Origin: Candidatus Glassbacteria bacterium
GTDB taxonomy: Bacteria; Gemmatimonadota; Glassbacteria; GWA2-58-10
NCBI GenBank assembly: GCA_019456185.1
Contig: VRUH01000006.1
Location: 26,113-90,112, forward strand
Direction: 5' to 3'
Length of the DNA stretch: 64,000 nucleotides
This document shows, piece by piece, positions 10,068-19,361 of this stretch. The position numbers and the translations under genes were made by a program. Positions within the stretch are counted from its first letter, which is position 1, and each line of letters begins with the position of its first letter. The notes beneath the pieces were generated by a model. The model did no database searches and was not told the origin of the DNA. It was given only the letters and a program-made list of their open reading frames with translations.

Positions 10068-11015
10068 ATGTCCGAGAAACTGAACCGCAGGAATTTCCTT
10101 TCCAAAGCCGCATTGGGCGCTACCGGGGCAGGCATGTTCCTCAGCTGCGAGGAGCGGAACCTGGCCGAAAAGCAGGGCGACATGCCCAAAGAACCGCCGA
10201 TCAAGGGCCTGCAGACCGGTAAGATCGGCAACGTGACCTTGAGCCGGCTGATGTGCGGCGGCAACCTGGTCAGTGGTTTCGCCCACGCCCGCGACCTGAT
10301 CTACGCCTCGAACCTGATCAAGGCCTACCACACCGACGAGAAAGTGCTCGAGACTGTCCAGCTCTGCGAGGAGAACGGGATCAATACGGTGATTTTCCGT
10401 TGTGACGATCAGATTGTGGGGCTGATGAACAAGTACTGGAAAGAGCGCGGCGGCAAGATCCAGTGGCTGGCCCAGACCTATCCAAAGCTCGGCGACCTGA
10501 CCAGCAACATCCAGATTGCGATCGACAACGGAGCCATCGGCGCGTTCGTGATGGGCGGGATAGCCGATAAGCTGGTGGCCGACGGCAAGGTGGACGTGCT
10601 GGGCGAGATCAACGGCTTCATCAAGCAGAACGGGCTGATCTCGGGGTTCGCCGGACATGCGCTCGAGGTGCCGATGGAGGTCGAGAAGGCCGGGATCGAC
10701 AACGATTTCTACATGAAGACCTTGCACCATCACGGCTACTGGTCGGCCATTCCCGAGGAGAAACACGACAACCTGTGGTCCAACACTCCCGAGGAAACAG
10801 CCGAGTTCATGAAAAGTGTCGAGAAGCCGTGGATTGCCTACAAGGTGCTGGCCGCCGGGTCGATCCATCCACGCGAGGGCTTCCGCTACGCGTTCGAGCA
10901 CGGGGCCGATTTCCTCTGCGTCGGCATGTTCGACTTCCAGGTCCGCGAGGACGTGATCGTGACCAAGAGTATCCTCTCCAAGGATATCACCCGGGACAGG
11001 CCCTGGCGGGCATAG
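10068..11015 (+). CDS. Tat-exported aldo/keto-reductase-like oxidoreductase
   Basis: NRRNFLSK twin-arginine signal; IG...SRL.CGGN and KPWIAYKVLAAG motifs of the AKR-like TIM barrel. Confidence 0.7.
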   Translation: MSEKLNRRNFLSKAALGATGAGMFLSCEERNLAEKQGDMPKEPPIKGLQTGKIGNVTLSRLMCGGNLVSGFAHARDLIYASNLIKAYHTDEKVLETVQLCEENGINTVIFRCDDQIVGLMNKYWKERGGKIQWLAQTYPKLGDLTSNIQIAIDNGAIGAFVMGGIADKLVADGKVDVLGEINGFIKQNGLISGFAGHALEVPMEVEKAGIDNDFYMKTLHHHGYWSAIPEEKHDNLWSNTPEETAEFMKSVEKPWIAYKVLAAGSIHPREGFRYAFEHGADFLCVGMFDFQVREDVIVTKSILSKDITRDRPWRA

Positions 11016-11047
11016 ATCGATTTAAGCTGACTCTTTGGCCGTAAGCT

Positions 11048-11083
11048 AAAAAGGGGCCGCCCGTTTGCACCGGCGGCCCCTTT
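11048..11083. terminator. Bidirectional intrinsic terminator
   Basis: AAAAAGGGGCCGCC...GGCGGCCCCTTT between convergent genes. Confidence 0.75.
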
Positions 11084-11116
11084 ACTGTAACAGGCTGTTA
11101 TCATTTTTCCGACCAT

Positions 11117-12562
11117 CTACTTCAGCTCTTTCAGCAACTCCAGCAGGAATCTCCAGGTATTCCCCAGGGACGGGATGTTCAGCCGCTCGTCGGGTGAGTG
11201 CGGGTTCTGGATTGTCGGTCCCAGCGAGATCATGTCCATCTCCGGGTAGATTTTCCCGATCACCGCGCATTCCAGACCGGCGTGGATAATCTCGAACTCC
11301 GGCTCCCTGCCGTAAAGACCGCTATAAACTTCCCTGCATTTGCCGATCAGCGGCGATTGCAGATTCGCCGGCCAGGATGGGTACTCGCTGCCGAACTTAC
11401 ACTGAGCGCCGGCCAGGGCGGCAATCGAGGTAATCGCCGAGGAAACCATCTCGATCCGGCTCATTACCGAACTGCGCTGACTGGTCAGGATGTGCAGTTT
11501 CCCCTCACGCAGCCCCACCACCGCGAAACTGTTCGAGGTCTCAACCTCCCCCTCCACATCGGCCGACATCTCGATAACCCCGTGGGGCAAGGCGTTCATC
11601 AGGTTTGCGACCCTGGACGAATCCTCGACACTCAGCGCACCGGCGGTTGCGATTTCCTGCCGCGCGGCTTCGATTGCAACGCCCCTGTCGCTGGCGGCAA
11701 ACTCTGCCCTCGCAGCCTGCTCGAAAGCGGAGACAGCTTTTTCCAGCTTTCCGCCCTGGCCCGCTGCGCAGGCAATAACGGCCTCCGCCTCGCGGGGGAT
11801 AGCGTTGTGCGCGGTCCCGCCCTCGATCGAGACCAGCCGCAGCGAGACGTGCCGACCGGCCTGACAGAGCGCCCGGCCCAGCAGTTTGTTGGCGCAGGCC
11901 CTGTGTTTGTCGATATCCACTCCGGAATGCCCGCCGAGCAGTCCGCTCACCGTAATCCGGTAAACCTCCTCAGTATCAGCCAGCGGCGCCGCGGGAGACT
12001 CCAGCGTGATCACTGTTTCTCTGCCGCCCGAACAGCCGATCGTAAAGACGCCCTCATCCTCGGAATCCAGGTTCAGCATGATCCGCCCGTTCACAAATTC
12101 GGCCTCCAGCCGGGCCGCCCCGGTCAGTCCCTGCTCCTCGTCAACCGTGATCAGCAGTTCCAGCGGCGGGTGCGGGATATCGCTTCGTCCGGCCAGCGCC
12201 AGTCCCATCGCAATCGCGATCCCGTTGTCCGCGCCCAGGGTAGTCCTGTCGGCGGTCAGCCAGTCGCCATCGATTATCGAGCGGACCGGGTCCCTGGAGA
12301 AATCATGGTCCGAATCAGGGGTTTTCTCGCAGACCATGTCCATATGGCCCTGCAGCACAACTGTGGGCGCGTCCTCGCAGCCCGCGGAGCCGGGGATCTC
12401 GATTACCACATTGCCCAGCTTATCGGCCCGGGTGGTCAGCCCCGCGTTTTTGCCCCACTCCTGCAGCCACTGCGAGATTCGTTCCTCCTGTTTCGACTCC
12501 CGGGGTACGGCGTTGATCCGCTCGAAAAGTTCAAGTATCACTTTTACGTCCTGATCCATCAA
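11117..12562 (-). CDS. pepD: Aminoacyl-histidine dipeptidase (M20 family)
   Basis: LQGHMDMVCEK, TLGADNGI, VDEEQGLTGA, GGHSG and IHAGLEC motifs. Confidence 0.92.
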   Translation of the reverse strand: MMDQDVKVILELFERINAVPRESKQEERISQWLQEWGKNAGLTTRADKLGNVVIEIPGSAGCEDAPTVVLQGHMDMVCEKTPDSDHDFSRDPVRSIIDGDWLTADRTTLGADNGIAIAMGLALAGRSDIPHPPLELLITVDEEQGLTGAARLEAEFVNGRIMLNLDSEDEGVFTIGCSGGRETVITLESPAAPLADTEEVYRITVSGLLGGHSGVDIDKHRACANKLLGRALCQAGRHVSLRLVSIEGGTAHNAIPREAEAVIACAAGQGGKLEKAVSAFEQAARAEFAASDRGVAIEAARQEIATAGALSVEDSSRVANLMNALPHGVIEMSADVEGEVETSNSFAVVGLREGKLHILTSQRSSVMSRIEMVSSAITSIAALAGAQCKFGSEYPSWPANLQSPLIGKCREVYSGLYGREPEFEIIHAGLECAVIGKIYPEMDMISLGPTIQNPHSPDERLNIPSLGNTWRFLLELLKELK

Positions 12563-12766
12563 TCACCTCTCTCGTTATTGATCTTCCGAACCGAAATTAC
12601 GCGTGCAGTGAAATTAGCGCATCGGAAGCCGGTTGAAAAGGTTCTGTGCATCCGGTTAACCGGCGGCCGGCCGGGTGCCCAATAACCTTGTCATTCTGCC
12701 GGAACCGGGGAATATTTGAGTGTCAATCCAGAGTAGAGTTATTGAATTTGGCCGTGAGGAGAGAAA

Positions 12767-14104
12767 ATGCCGGATCAGCTTAAACGACGGGACTTCATCA
12801 AACTTTCCACGGCGTCGGTCGCCGGTATGGCGCTCACCCAGGCGGCGAAACCCGGCAATACTCTCGCCGCCGACAAGCCGGTCCGGCTTGGATTTGTCGG
12901 GGTCGGCGACAGGGGTTCCTGGCACCTCGATTGCGCACTCGGGATCGAGGGCGTGGAGGTCCCGGCCATCTGCGACATCAAGGACCACTACCTCCACCGC
13001 GCCAGGCGCTGGATCGAGGAATCGGGCCGGCCCGCGCCGCGGCTCTACGGCAAGACCAAGACCGACTGGCAACGGCTGTGCGAGGAAGAAGACCTGGACT
13101 GCGTGATCTGCTGCACCTCCTGGGAATGGCACCAGCCGGTCTGCGTGGGCGCCCAGAAAAACGGCAAGCACGCGGTCAGCGAAGTGCCGATCGTACAGAG
13201 AGTGGACGAGGCCTGGGAGCTGGTGGAGACCTGGGAGAGCACGGGCAAGTGGGCCACGATCGGGCTGGAGGGTTTCTCCTCGCTGGCCGTGCTGAACATG
13301 GTGCAGAAAGGCATGTTCGGAGATATCATCCATGCCGAGGCCGGCTACGTCCATGACCTGCGGCTGGTGAAATTCGACCCGGAGCGCGAACCCTGGCGGC
13401 TCCAGCACTCGATCGAGCGCAACGGCAACCTTTATCCCGACCACCCGATGAACCGGATCATGCCCTGCCTGGGTATCAACCACGGCGACCGGTTTGAATA
13501 CCTGGTGTCGATGAGTTCCGGGTCGCAGATGCTCAATGAATACGCCGCCCAGTACTATGGCGAGGACCATCCCCTGGCCACCCGGAAAATGGCCCAGGGC
13601 GACTATAACTGCACCCTGCTGCGTACGGTCGGCGGCAAAATGGTGACCCTCAATTTCGACACTAACACTCCCCACCCCCGCGGCTTCTTCCGCCTCCAGG
13701 GCTCGAAAGGCGTGTTTATCGCCGGGGCCGGAATCGGTGATGTCGGCCGCGGGGCGCTGATCTATCTCGATGGGGTCTCGCCCGAGGCGCACAGCTGGGA
13801 AAAGGCCGACAAGTACATGGAAGAGCACGCACACCCGGTGGTGAAAAACTATCACCCGCCGGAGCGGAGCCAGGCCGTACGCGGCCACGGAGGCAATGTG
13901 CGGCGGACACCGATCACCTGGCACCGCCTGGTGCGGGCGCTGCGCGAAGACCGGATGCCCGATTGGGACGTGTACGATTCAGTCACCAGCAGCGCGATCT
14001 CGCCATTGACCGAGATATCCGTGGCCGGGCGCAGCTCACAGGTGGAGTTCCCCGATTTCACCAGAGGCAAATGGGAAACCGCCGGTCCCTGGGAATTCAG
14101 TTGA
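12767..14104 (+). CDS. Tat-exported Gfo/Idh/MocA oxidoreductase, GH109-like
   Basis: KRRDFIK Tat signal; GFVGVGDRG Rossmann motif; KHAVSEVP; YPDH (GH109 YPTH-like). Confidence 0.85.
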   Translation: MPDQLKRRDFIKLSTASVAGMALTQAAKPGNTLAADKPVRLGFVGVGDRGSWHLDCALGIEGVEVPAICDIKDHYLHRARRWIEESGRPAPRLYGKTKTDWQRLCEEEDLDCVICCTSWEWHQPVCVGAQKNGKHAVSEVPIVQRVDEAWELVETWESTGKWATIGLEGFSSLAVLNMVQKGMFGDIIHAEAGYVHDLRLVKFDPEREPWRLQHSIERNGNLYPDHPMNRIMPCLGINHGDRFEYLVSMSSGSQMLNEYAAQYYGEDHPLATRKMAQGDYNCTLLRTVGGKMVTLNFDTNTPHPRGFFRLQGSKGVFIAGAGIGDVGRGALIYLDGVSPEAHSWEKADKYMEEHAHPVVKNYHPPERSQAVRGHGGNVRRTPITWHRLVRALREDRMPDWDVYDSVTSSAISPLTEISVAGRSSQVEFPDFTRGKWETAGPWEFS

Positions 14105-14186
14105 CCTTCCGGGAAATTATTAGAAGCTGTTTCATAACTGGAGTTTTATTTCAAACTTTCGCCCATTGGCAGGTAATCCCAAAAAC

Positions 14187-14360
14187 ACAACCCCCTGTTT
14201 CCCCCTTTTCTAAGGGGGACTAAAACCGGATAACCTCAGCCACCGTGCAAAAAAGCCTGAGACCGGACAGGCACCCCTCTCGAGAGGGGTGCCTGCACAA
14301 GCAGGCGGGGTGTGTATTCCCCTTAACAAAGGGGGTGCCTGCGAAGCAAGCGGGGGTTGT
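14187..14360. repeat. Composite REP/BIME-like palindromic element
   Basis: CCCCCTT-ttct-AAGGGGG, a perfect 28-bp palindrome at 14268-14295, GCCTGC-N-GCAGGC hairpins, CCCCTT-aaca-AAGGGG. The ends ACAACCCCC...GGGGGTTGT are inverted repeats. Confidence 0.7.
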
Positions 14361-14484
14361 CCCGTTTTAAGATTATGAAACAACTTATAGCAAAAACGAA
14401 CGCGGCCATGACCCGTAACGAGTCATGGCCGCATTTTTATGTTTATCCCGATCATGGACACAGTCTTCACAGGATTATCAACAA

Positions 14485-14571
14485 TCAACCGAATACGCCG
14501 GTTCCCATCATTAAAACACCAATAATCACGAATGCAACCACGATCACTAATGTGATATCTTCGCGCTTCAT
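14485..14571 (-). CDS. 28-aa single-TM small protein downstream of the SSS transporter
   Basis: MKREDITLVIVVAFVIIGVLMMGTGVFG*; purine-rich AAGGGG SD-like motif; starts 34 nt after the SSS stop. Confidence 0.55.
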   Translation of the reverse strand: MKREDITLVIVVAFVIIGVLMMGTGVFG

Positions 14572-14605
14572 CGCCCCTTATACTCCCCTCTGCTCTGGTG
14601 TCCGG

Positions 14606-16387
14606 TTAAATTTCCTTGACGACAGTCATTTGTTCACTGGTAGCCCGCTCTATCTGCCCGTCGGTGACTGTGGCCATCTCGGCCTTGAAACACAGCGCCC
14701 ACATCATCACGATACCCAGTACGAACCAGGTGATCTGCCACGACCACAGCGCCGGGAAACCGGCGAACGAAAAAGCGTCGTTGCCAACTATGCAGGCCGG
14801 CCCGATAGCGAACATGAACCACAGCGGCACTACCACTTTCATCGCCTTGCGCCACTTGCGTCCCGTGGGACTCGGCCTGTCCAGATTGTCCAGCCACTTT
14901 CTGACTTCCCGCTGGCGCTCTTTGGTTTCCCGGTCGTCCCTGATCCCCACCCCGCGGCACAGGTATGCAACCAGCAGGCCGATACCGGTGCCCCAGGCGG
15001 CGGAATGAATCGTGAGCGGGTACTTGAAGACTCCGTAGGTCAGGAACACCGCGATCATACCGGCCAGCACACCCAGGGTCGTGCCGATCGCCGGCCATCT
15101 GAAACCCCACAGACTGCCCATCAGGGGGACATACATCACGAAGCCGAACGCCGTGGCCAGCCCGCCCAGCATCACGATCGCCGCAGTGGAGGTCATCCCG
15201 ATCGCAAGCGCCGCCACAGTCAGCAGGGTGGTGAAAAGCCGGTTCATCCAGATCTGCTCGGAGTGGCTGCCCTGTTGCTTTCGTACATAGCGCCACCAGA
15301 AATCCCGCAGGAGAATCGACCCGCCGGTTCCGATATACGGCGCTGCGGTGGAGTGCATGGATGCTATCGCCCCGATAAAGACCAAGCCCAGCATGACCGG
15401 CGGCAGAAAATTTTTCATCAGCAGGGGCACCACGTCCTTATCGGTAGCAAGGCCCACAAAGTCCGGGTGACCGGAGTTCTGCAGCAGGATCGCTCCCAGG
15501 CCCTGGAAGGCGGTGAAGAAAAACAGGGCGCAGCCCACGACGAAAGTGGACATGAATACCTGCTGCCAGGCGAACGGCCTAGGGTCCTTGTTGGCGAACT
15601 GCCACATCGTGAACGCGGGCGAGGCCTGGATACCCATCAGGGAGAACATGTAGGTCAGGATCATCAACGCGGTCCAGTTGGTTTCTCCCACGGTGAAATC
15701 CATAATCGAGGGTACTTCCAGGTACTTCCGTTCAAGCTTACAGATTTCCGCCGCGAACTCGGTCCAGCCGCCGAAATAGGCCAGGACGTAAACGCCAAGG
15801 ATTACGATGCCGCCCACCAGCAGGATAAACTGGACTACGCCCACCCAGGTGCTGGCCCGCAGTCCGCCGGTGACCACGTAGAACCAGACCACGAACGCCA
15901 GGAAAATCGCACCGTAGGACTCCGGGAAACCGGTTACCCAGTGAAACAGCGCCCCGGCCGCCATCAACTGGATAGCCGAATAGAACAGGGCGTACAGGAC
16001 TGCCGTAATCACCACCAGCCAGCGCAGGGCCTCGTTGTTGTAATAGTAGGCGTACATGTCGCCCGGGGTGATAAACCCGTAGCGCTTACCCATCATCCAG
16101 GCTCGCTTGGCGAAAAACGCGCCGGTTATCGGGATGGTCAGCACGTAGAAGGAAGCGAATGCGTAAGCGAGACCGTACTTCCAGATCAAACCCGGGTGGC
16201 CGATCGTGGTCCAACCGCTGAACGAGGCGGCCGAGGCGGCCAGCAGAAACGCGAGAAACGGGATCGCCCTGCCGCCGATCGTAAAATCCGATGACGTTTT
16301 TTCAGCCTTGTAACCCTTTAATCCCCAATAGAAACAGTAGATGATGTAAGTTCCCAACATCAGGTACACCCAGGTTACTCCACTCAT
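14606..16387 (-). CDS. Sodium:solute symporter family (SSS) transporter
   Basis: About 593 aa, highly hydrophobic; DFTIGGR, ASFSGWT..GHPG and ITPGDM motifs; GGAGG before ATG 16387. Confidence 0.88.
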   Translation of the reverse strand: MSGVTWVYLMLGTYIIYCFYWGLKGYKAEKTSSDFTIGGRAIPFLAFLLAASAASFSGWTTIGHPGLIWKYGLAYAFASFYVLTIPITGAFFAKRAWMMGKRYGFITPGDMYAYYYNNEALRWLVVITAVLYALFYSAIQLMAAGALFHWVTGFPESYGAIFLAFVVWFYVVTGGLRASTWVGVVQFILLVGGIVILGVYVLAYFGGWTEFAAEICKLERKYLEVPSIMDFTVGETNWTALMILTYMFSLMGIQASPAFTMWQFANKDPRPFAWQQVFMSTFVVGCALFFFTAFQGLGAILLQNSGHPDFVGLATDKDVVPLLMKNFLPPVMLGLVFIGAIASMHSTAAPYIGTGGSILLRDFWWRYVRKQQGSHSEQIWMNRLFTTLLTVAALAIGMTSTAAIVMLGGLATAFGFVMYVPLMGSLWGFRWPAIGTTLGVLAGMIAVFLTYGVFKYPLTIHSAAWGTGIGLLVAYLCRGVGIRDDRETKERQREVRKWLDNLDRPSPTGRKWRKAMKVVVPLWFMFAIGPACIVGNDAFSFAGFPALWSWQITWFVLGIVMMWALCFKAEMATVTDGQIERATSEQMTVVKEI

Positions 16388-16485
16388 CAAGCCTCCTGTC
16401 CGTCATCAGGGTATGAAAACTCCGAATTACTGTTCAGCAGCCGCCGGTGCGCGCTTGGTAACCGGCCTGCGCGGGTATGCGACAA

Positions 16486-16504
16486 AATTCTCATACTGAG
16501 AATT
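16486..16504. promoter_or_regulatory. Palindromic operator candidate over the SSS promoter
   Basis: AATTCTCA-tac-TGAGAATT adjacent to a minus-strand TATAAT in an AT-rich stretch. Confidence 0.45.
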
Positions 16505-16578
16505 ATAATTATTATTAAACTAAAACTAAACCATCTGCTTGATCCGCGCAACTTGCTTTTTCGGGCGTATCGCAGACG

Positions 16579-16605
16579 AAAAAAAGGCCGCCTGAATCGG
16601 CGGCC
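16579..16605 (-). terminator. Intrinsic terminator after the metallophosphoesterase gene
   Basis: Minus strand GGCCGCC-gattca-GGCGGCC followed by T7. Confidence 0.75.
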
Positions 16606-16702
16606 CCACATTTCACTCTCACTTTTATCCGTATTCCGCTCACAATAAAATCATGATTTCAGCCAGCGGTCGTACCAGTCGAAAGCCTTCTCCAGAGGAC
16701 GG

Positions 16703-17806
16703 TCAATCCTTACTCCGCAGGGTTACGCGGATAATCTCCCCCGGCCGCCAGAGACGCATGCGCGGGCCCCAGGTACCAGCGCCCCGGCTGACAATAACAG
16801 TCATCCCGTCCACCTCATGCTGTCCGCCCAGAAACGGATACTCCTGCATCACCAGGTAGCCGAACGGCCAGACCTGCCCGCCGTGCGTGTGGCCGGCAAG
16901 CATCAGGTCCGCCCCCTGCGCAACCGCCGCGGCGAACCTGGCCGGCGCGTGGGATAGATAGACAGTCGCCCCGGGAGGACGGTCGGTCAGAGCCCGGGTT
17001 ACCGGGTCGCCATCCTGTCCTCGGCGCCTGCGGGACCCGAGATAATCGACACCCGCCAGCACGAAACCCGGGCTGATCTCGATCCACTCGTTGCGCAGCA
17101 CCCGGATACCGGCGTCGCTGTAGGAGGCGATACTCCGGGCGCTACTGCCGTAGAACTCGTGATTACCCAGCACGGCCCAGACGCCCAGCGGCGCCTCGAA
17201 TCTGCGCAGGGCCGGCACCATCTCGCTCTGGGGCGTACCGTGACCCTCGAATATATCTCCCAGCATGATGATGAGGTCCGGCTGCATGGCGTTGATCTGG
17301 TCCACCCGGGCCTGGAGCCACCGCTTGCCGATCAGCGTGCCCAGGTGCATGTCCGACACACCGACCAGTACTGTCCCGTCCAGCCGCTCGGGCAGTTCCG
17401 CCAGCCGGACCTCATAGTCTCTTACGACCGGCGTGCGCATTGCCTGGAAAAACGCGAGAGCGGACATCAGCGCCCCGGCCAGCAGGGCTGCTCCGCGTAA
17501 AGCAGGCGCGTACTTTTTCAACAGGAAACCGAATCCGGTCACCAGATCGGCCGCCAGTACGCAGATCGACGTCAGGAACAGCACGGCGGTCCAGTTCATC
17601 GTGAACATCTCGAGAATCAAGGCCAGCGCGCCGGTGCTGTCGTGACGGTACATGCGACCGCAGTAGAAAATTATCCATAACAGGATACCTGTCCCGATCA
17701 GCAGCTTGCGGGAAATTATCCGCTCGATAAATGGAACCGTGGCGGCCCGCCAGAATACGTAGGCATGCATCAGGCTGACAGCGGTAGTCAGAACTGCTCC
17801 GAACAT
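16703..17806 (-). CDS. Membrane-anchored metallophosphoesterase (YkuE/YaeI-like)
   Basis: SDMHLG, LGDIFE, VLGNHE and LAGHTHGGQ motifs; N-terminal TM helices. Confidence 0.92.
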   Translation of the reverse strand: MFGAVLTTAVSLMHAYVFWRAATVPFIERIISRKLLIGTGILLWIIFYCGRMYRHDSTGALALILEMFTMNWTAVLFLTSICVLAADLVTGFGFLLKKYAPALRGAALLAGALMSALAFFQAMRTPVVRDYEVRLAELPERLDGTVLVGVSDMHLGTLIGKRWLQARVDQINAMQPDLIIMLGDIFEGHGTPQSEMVPALRRFEAPLGVWAVLGNHEFYGSSARSIASYSDAGIRVLRNEWIEISPGFVLAGVDYLGSRRRRGQDGDPVTRALTDRPPGATVYLSHAPARFAAAVAQGADLMLAGHTHGGQVWPFGYLVMQEYPFLGGQHEVDGMTVIVSRGAGTWGPRMRLWRPGEIIRVTLRSKD

Positions 17807-18001
17807 TCAATCCCCTTGCCGCGTTTTTCCACAAACCATATTGCAGCTTAACATGTCAGATCACCGAATTGTCCAAACTCGAATCCAATCTGAACGGAAC
17901 TGCTCCGATTATTACTCAATAATGAGTAAAACCCGCGCACGGATAACTCAAGTGCCAGCATTCAAGCCGAAAGTTCGCGGGAAAGTTTCAGTTTGCCCAC
18001 C

Positions 18002-18087
18002 GCCGTGTTCGACGCCGCCGGGGCGAGAGGGTTTTTCAGCTGCCGATAACCCCGGCGCGCGTCCGCGAGGCCCTGAAAGCCCAGTGA
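18002..18087 (+). pseudogene. C-terminal remnant of a xanthine dehydrogenase-family molybdopterin subunit
   Basis: Removing a 2-nt AG duplication at 18026 gives AVFDAAGARVFQLPITPARVREALKAQ*, the characteristic XdhA/CoxL-type C-terminus. Confidence 0.65.
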
Positions 18088-18117
18088 CCGGTTGGATGAA
18101 ATCTGATTTGGAGTGAT

Positions 18118-18153
18118 AAAAAAAAGGCCTGCCGGTTTCGGCAGGCTTTTTTT
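18118..18153. terminator. Bidirectional terminator closing the sel cluster
   Basis: A8-GGCCTGCCG-gttt-CGGCAGGC-T7, immediately after the stop at 18166. Confidence 0.85.
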
Positions 18154-18165
18154 CAAGATGACAGG

Positions 18166-19248
18166 CTAGTTTACCTTCTGCCAGTCGTGACTCTCCACAT
18201 CGAAAACAAATTTCACTTTTACTTCGTCCGGAATGTAGCACTTCTTGTCATCGCAGGCCTGATAGCCGAACGTACCCTCGATTACGAGGTTTTCGATTGA
18301 CGGAGCGTTATCCTGATCGCTGACACGCAGGTTTTTCTGGGTGCCGATCACGACTTCCTGCATGAAGCGGAATGAGCCGGAATAGGACGCCAACTCCTCG
18401 TCCAGCGCCTCCATTCTGATAATCTCCGCCTCGGGAAAGCGTGTTTCGAGACCCTTGTAGTACCGGGACTCTTTCAACTGCCAGGAAACCGGGATATATC
18501 CGCCTTCCACCTCCGGCGCATAGACATGCATCCTGTCTTTGAGGTGCACGTCGAAAATCAGCGTGATATGGTTGCCGGCACGGACCTCTGTCTGGCTGGC
18601 CCGGTATTCCAGGGTGAACGCGTTGGTTTCGAGCCTGCCCACCGGGATGTCGGGAGACCAGCCGAACTGCTGTATCAGCACTGATTCCTGGGTCACCCGC
18701 TCCCAGTAATTCTCCAGGAAAATCTTCTGTTGAACGACCTGGTCCGGACCGACAAGATACTGGCCTGGATGGGCGATCCCGTAGTTGCGATGATCTTTCG
18801 GAATGGTCTGGTTGATAATCCCGAACGCGTCGATCACTTCGTAGCCCGGATCGGCCAGCAGCGGAACCGCGATATTCTTCCGCGTGGCGAACTTGTTCAG
18901 TATCTCCGGTGTGTCCCGGCTGATCGCGCAGATTCCGAGACCCCGTTTCCGATATTCATCTTTAAGGTTTTCGAGCTCCACGAGCTGCGTTTTGCAGTAG
19001 CCTCACCAGTCCGCCGAACGGTAGAACAGGATCAGCAGACCGTTCGGCCCCGCCAGTGAACCAAAATCCTGTATCCTGCCGTTCTGGTCGGGCAGGCTGA
19101 ATGACGGTATTTTATCACCGACTTCCGGGCCAGACTGGCTTGCGCTGTCCTGGGCGTACAATGCGCCTCCATCCTCAGAGCATATCGCAGCCGATGCCGC
19201 AAACAGCAATATCAGCATTGGCAGAAAGAACAAAGCGGCTTTTCTCAT
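18166..19248 (-). CDS. Selenoprotein: exported AhpC/TSA (redoxin)-fold domain with a UxxC motif plus a DsbD-alpha-like domain (360 aa, Sec82)
   Basis: Track ORFs 19003..19248 and 18166..18981 are in frame across TGA 19003-19005, giving FYRSADW-U-GY-C-KTQL. Signal peptide, GGAG RBS, SECIS-like hairpin, C-terminal YQACDDKKCYIP. Confidence 0.9.
18972..19002 (-). promoter_or_regulatory. SECIS-like hairpin of the AhpC/TSA-fold selenoprotein
   Basis: CG(C)AGCUC-GUG-GAGCUCG; the G-initiated loop starts 22 nt after the UGA. Confidence 0.7.
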
Positions 19249-19361
19249 GGCTCTCCTCTCAGCGATTGGTCCAGTACCGGATTCCGTAACTGCATCTGTG
19301 TTGTCGAGCCAAATTAAGCTTTTTCCGCTTGCTGTGCAACACCATGCTTTGCGGGAAAAAT

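Noticed and set aside
18982-19005. Interpreting the three in-frame TGAs (19003, 20494, 25311) as nonsense mutations or pseudogenes
   Set aside because: All three fall on catalytic Cys-equivalent positions, have SECIS-like hairpins and flank or belong to selABCD.
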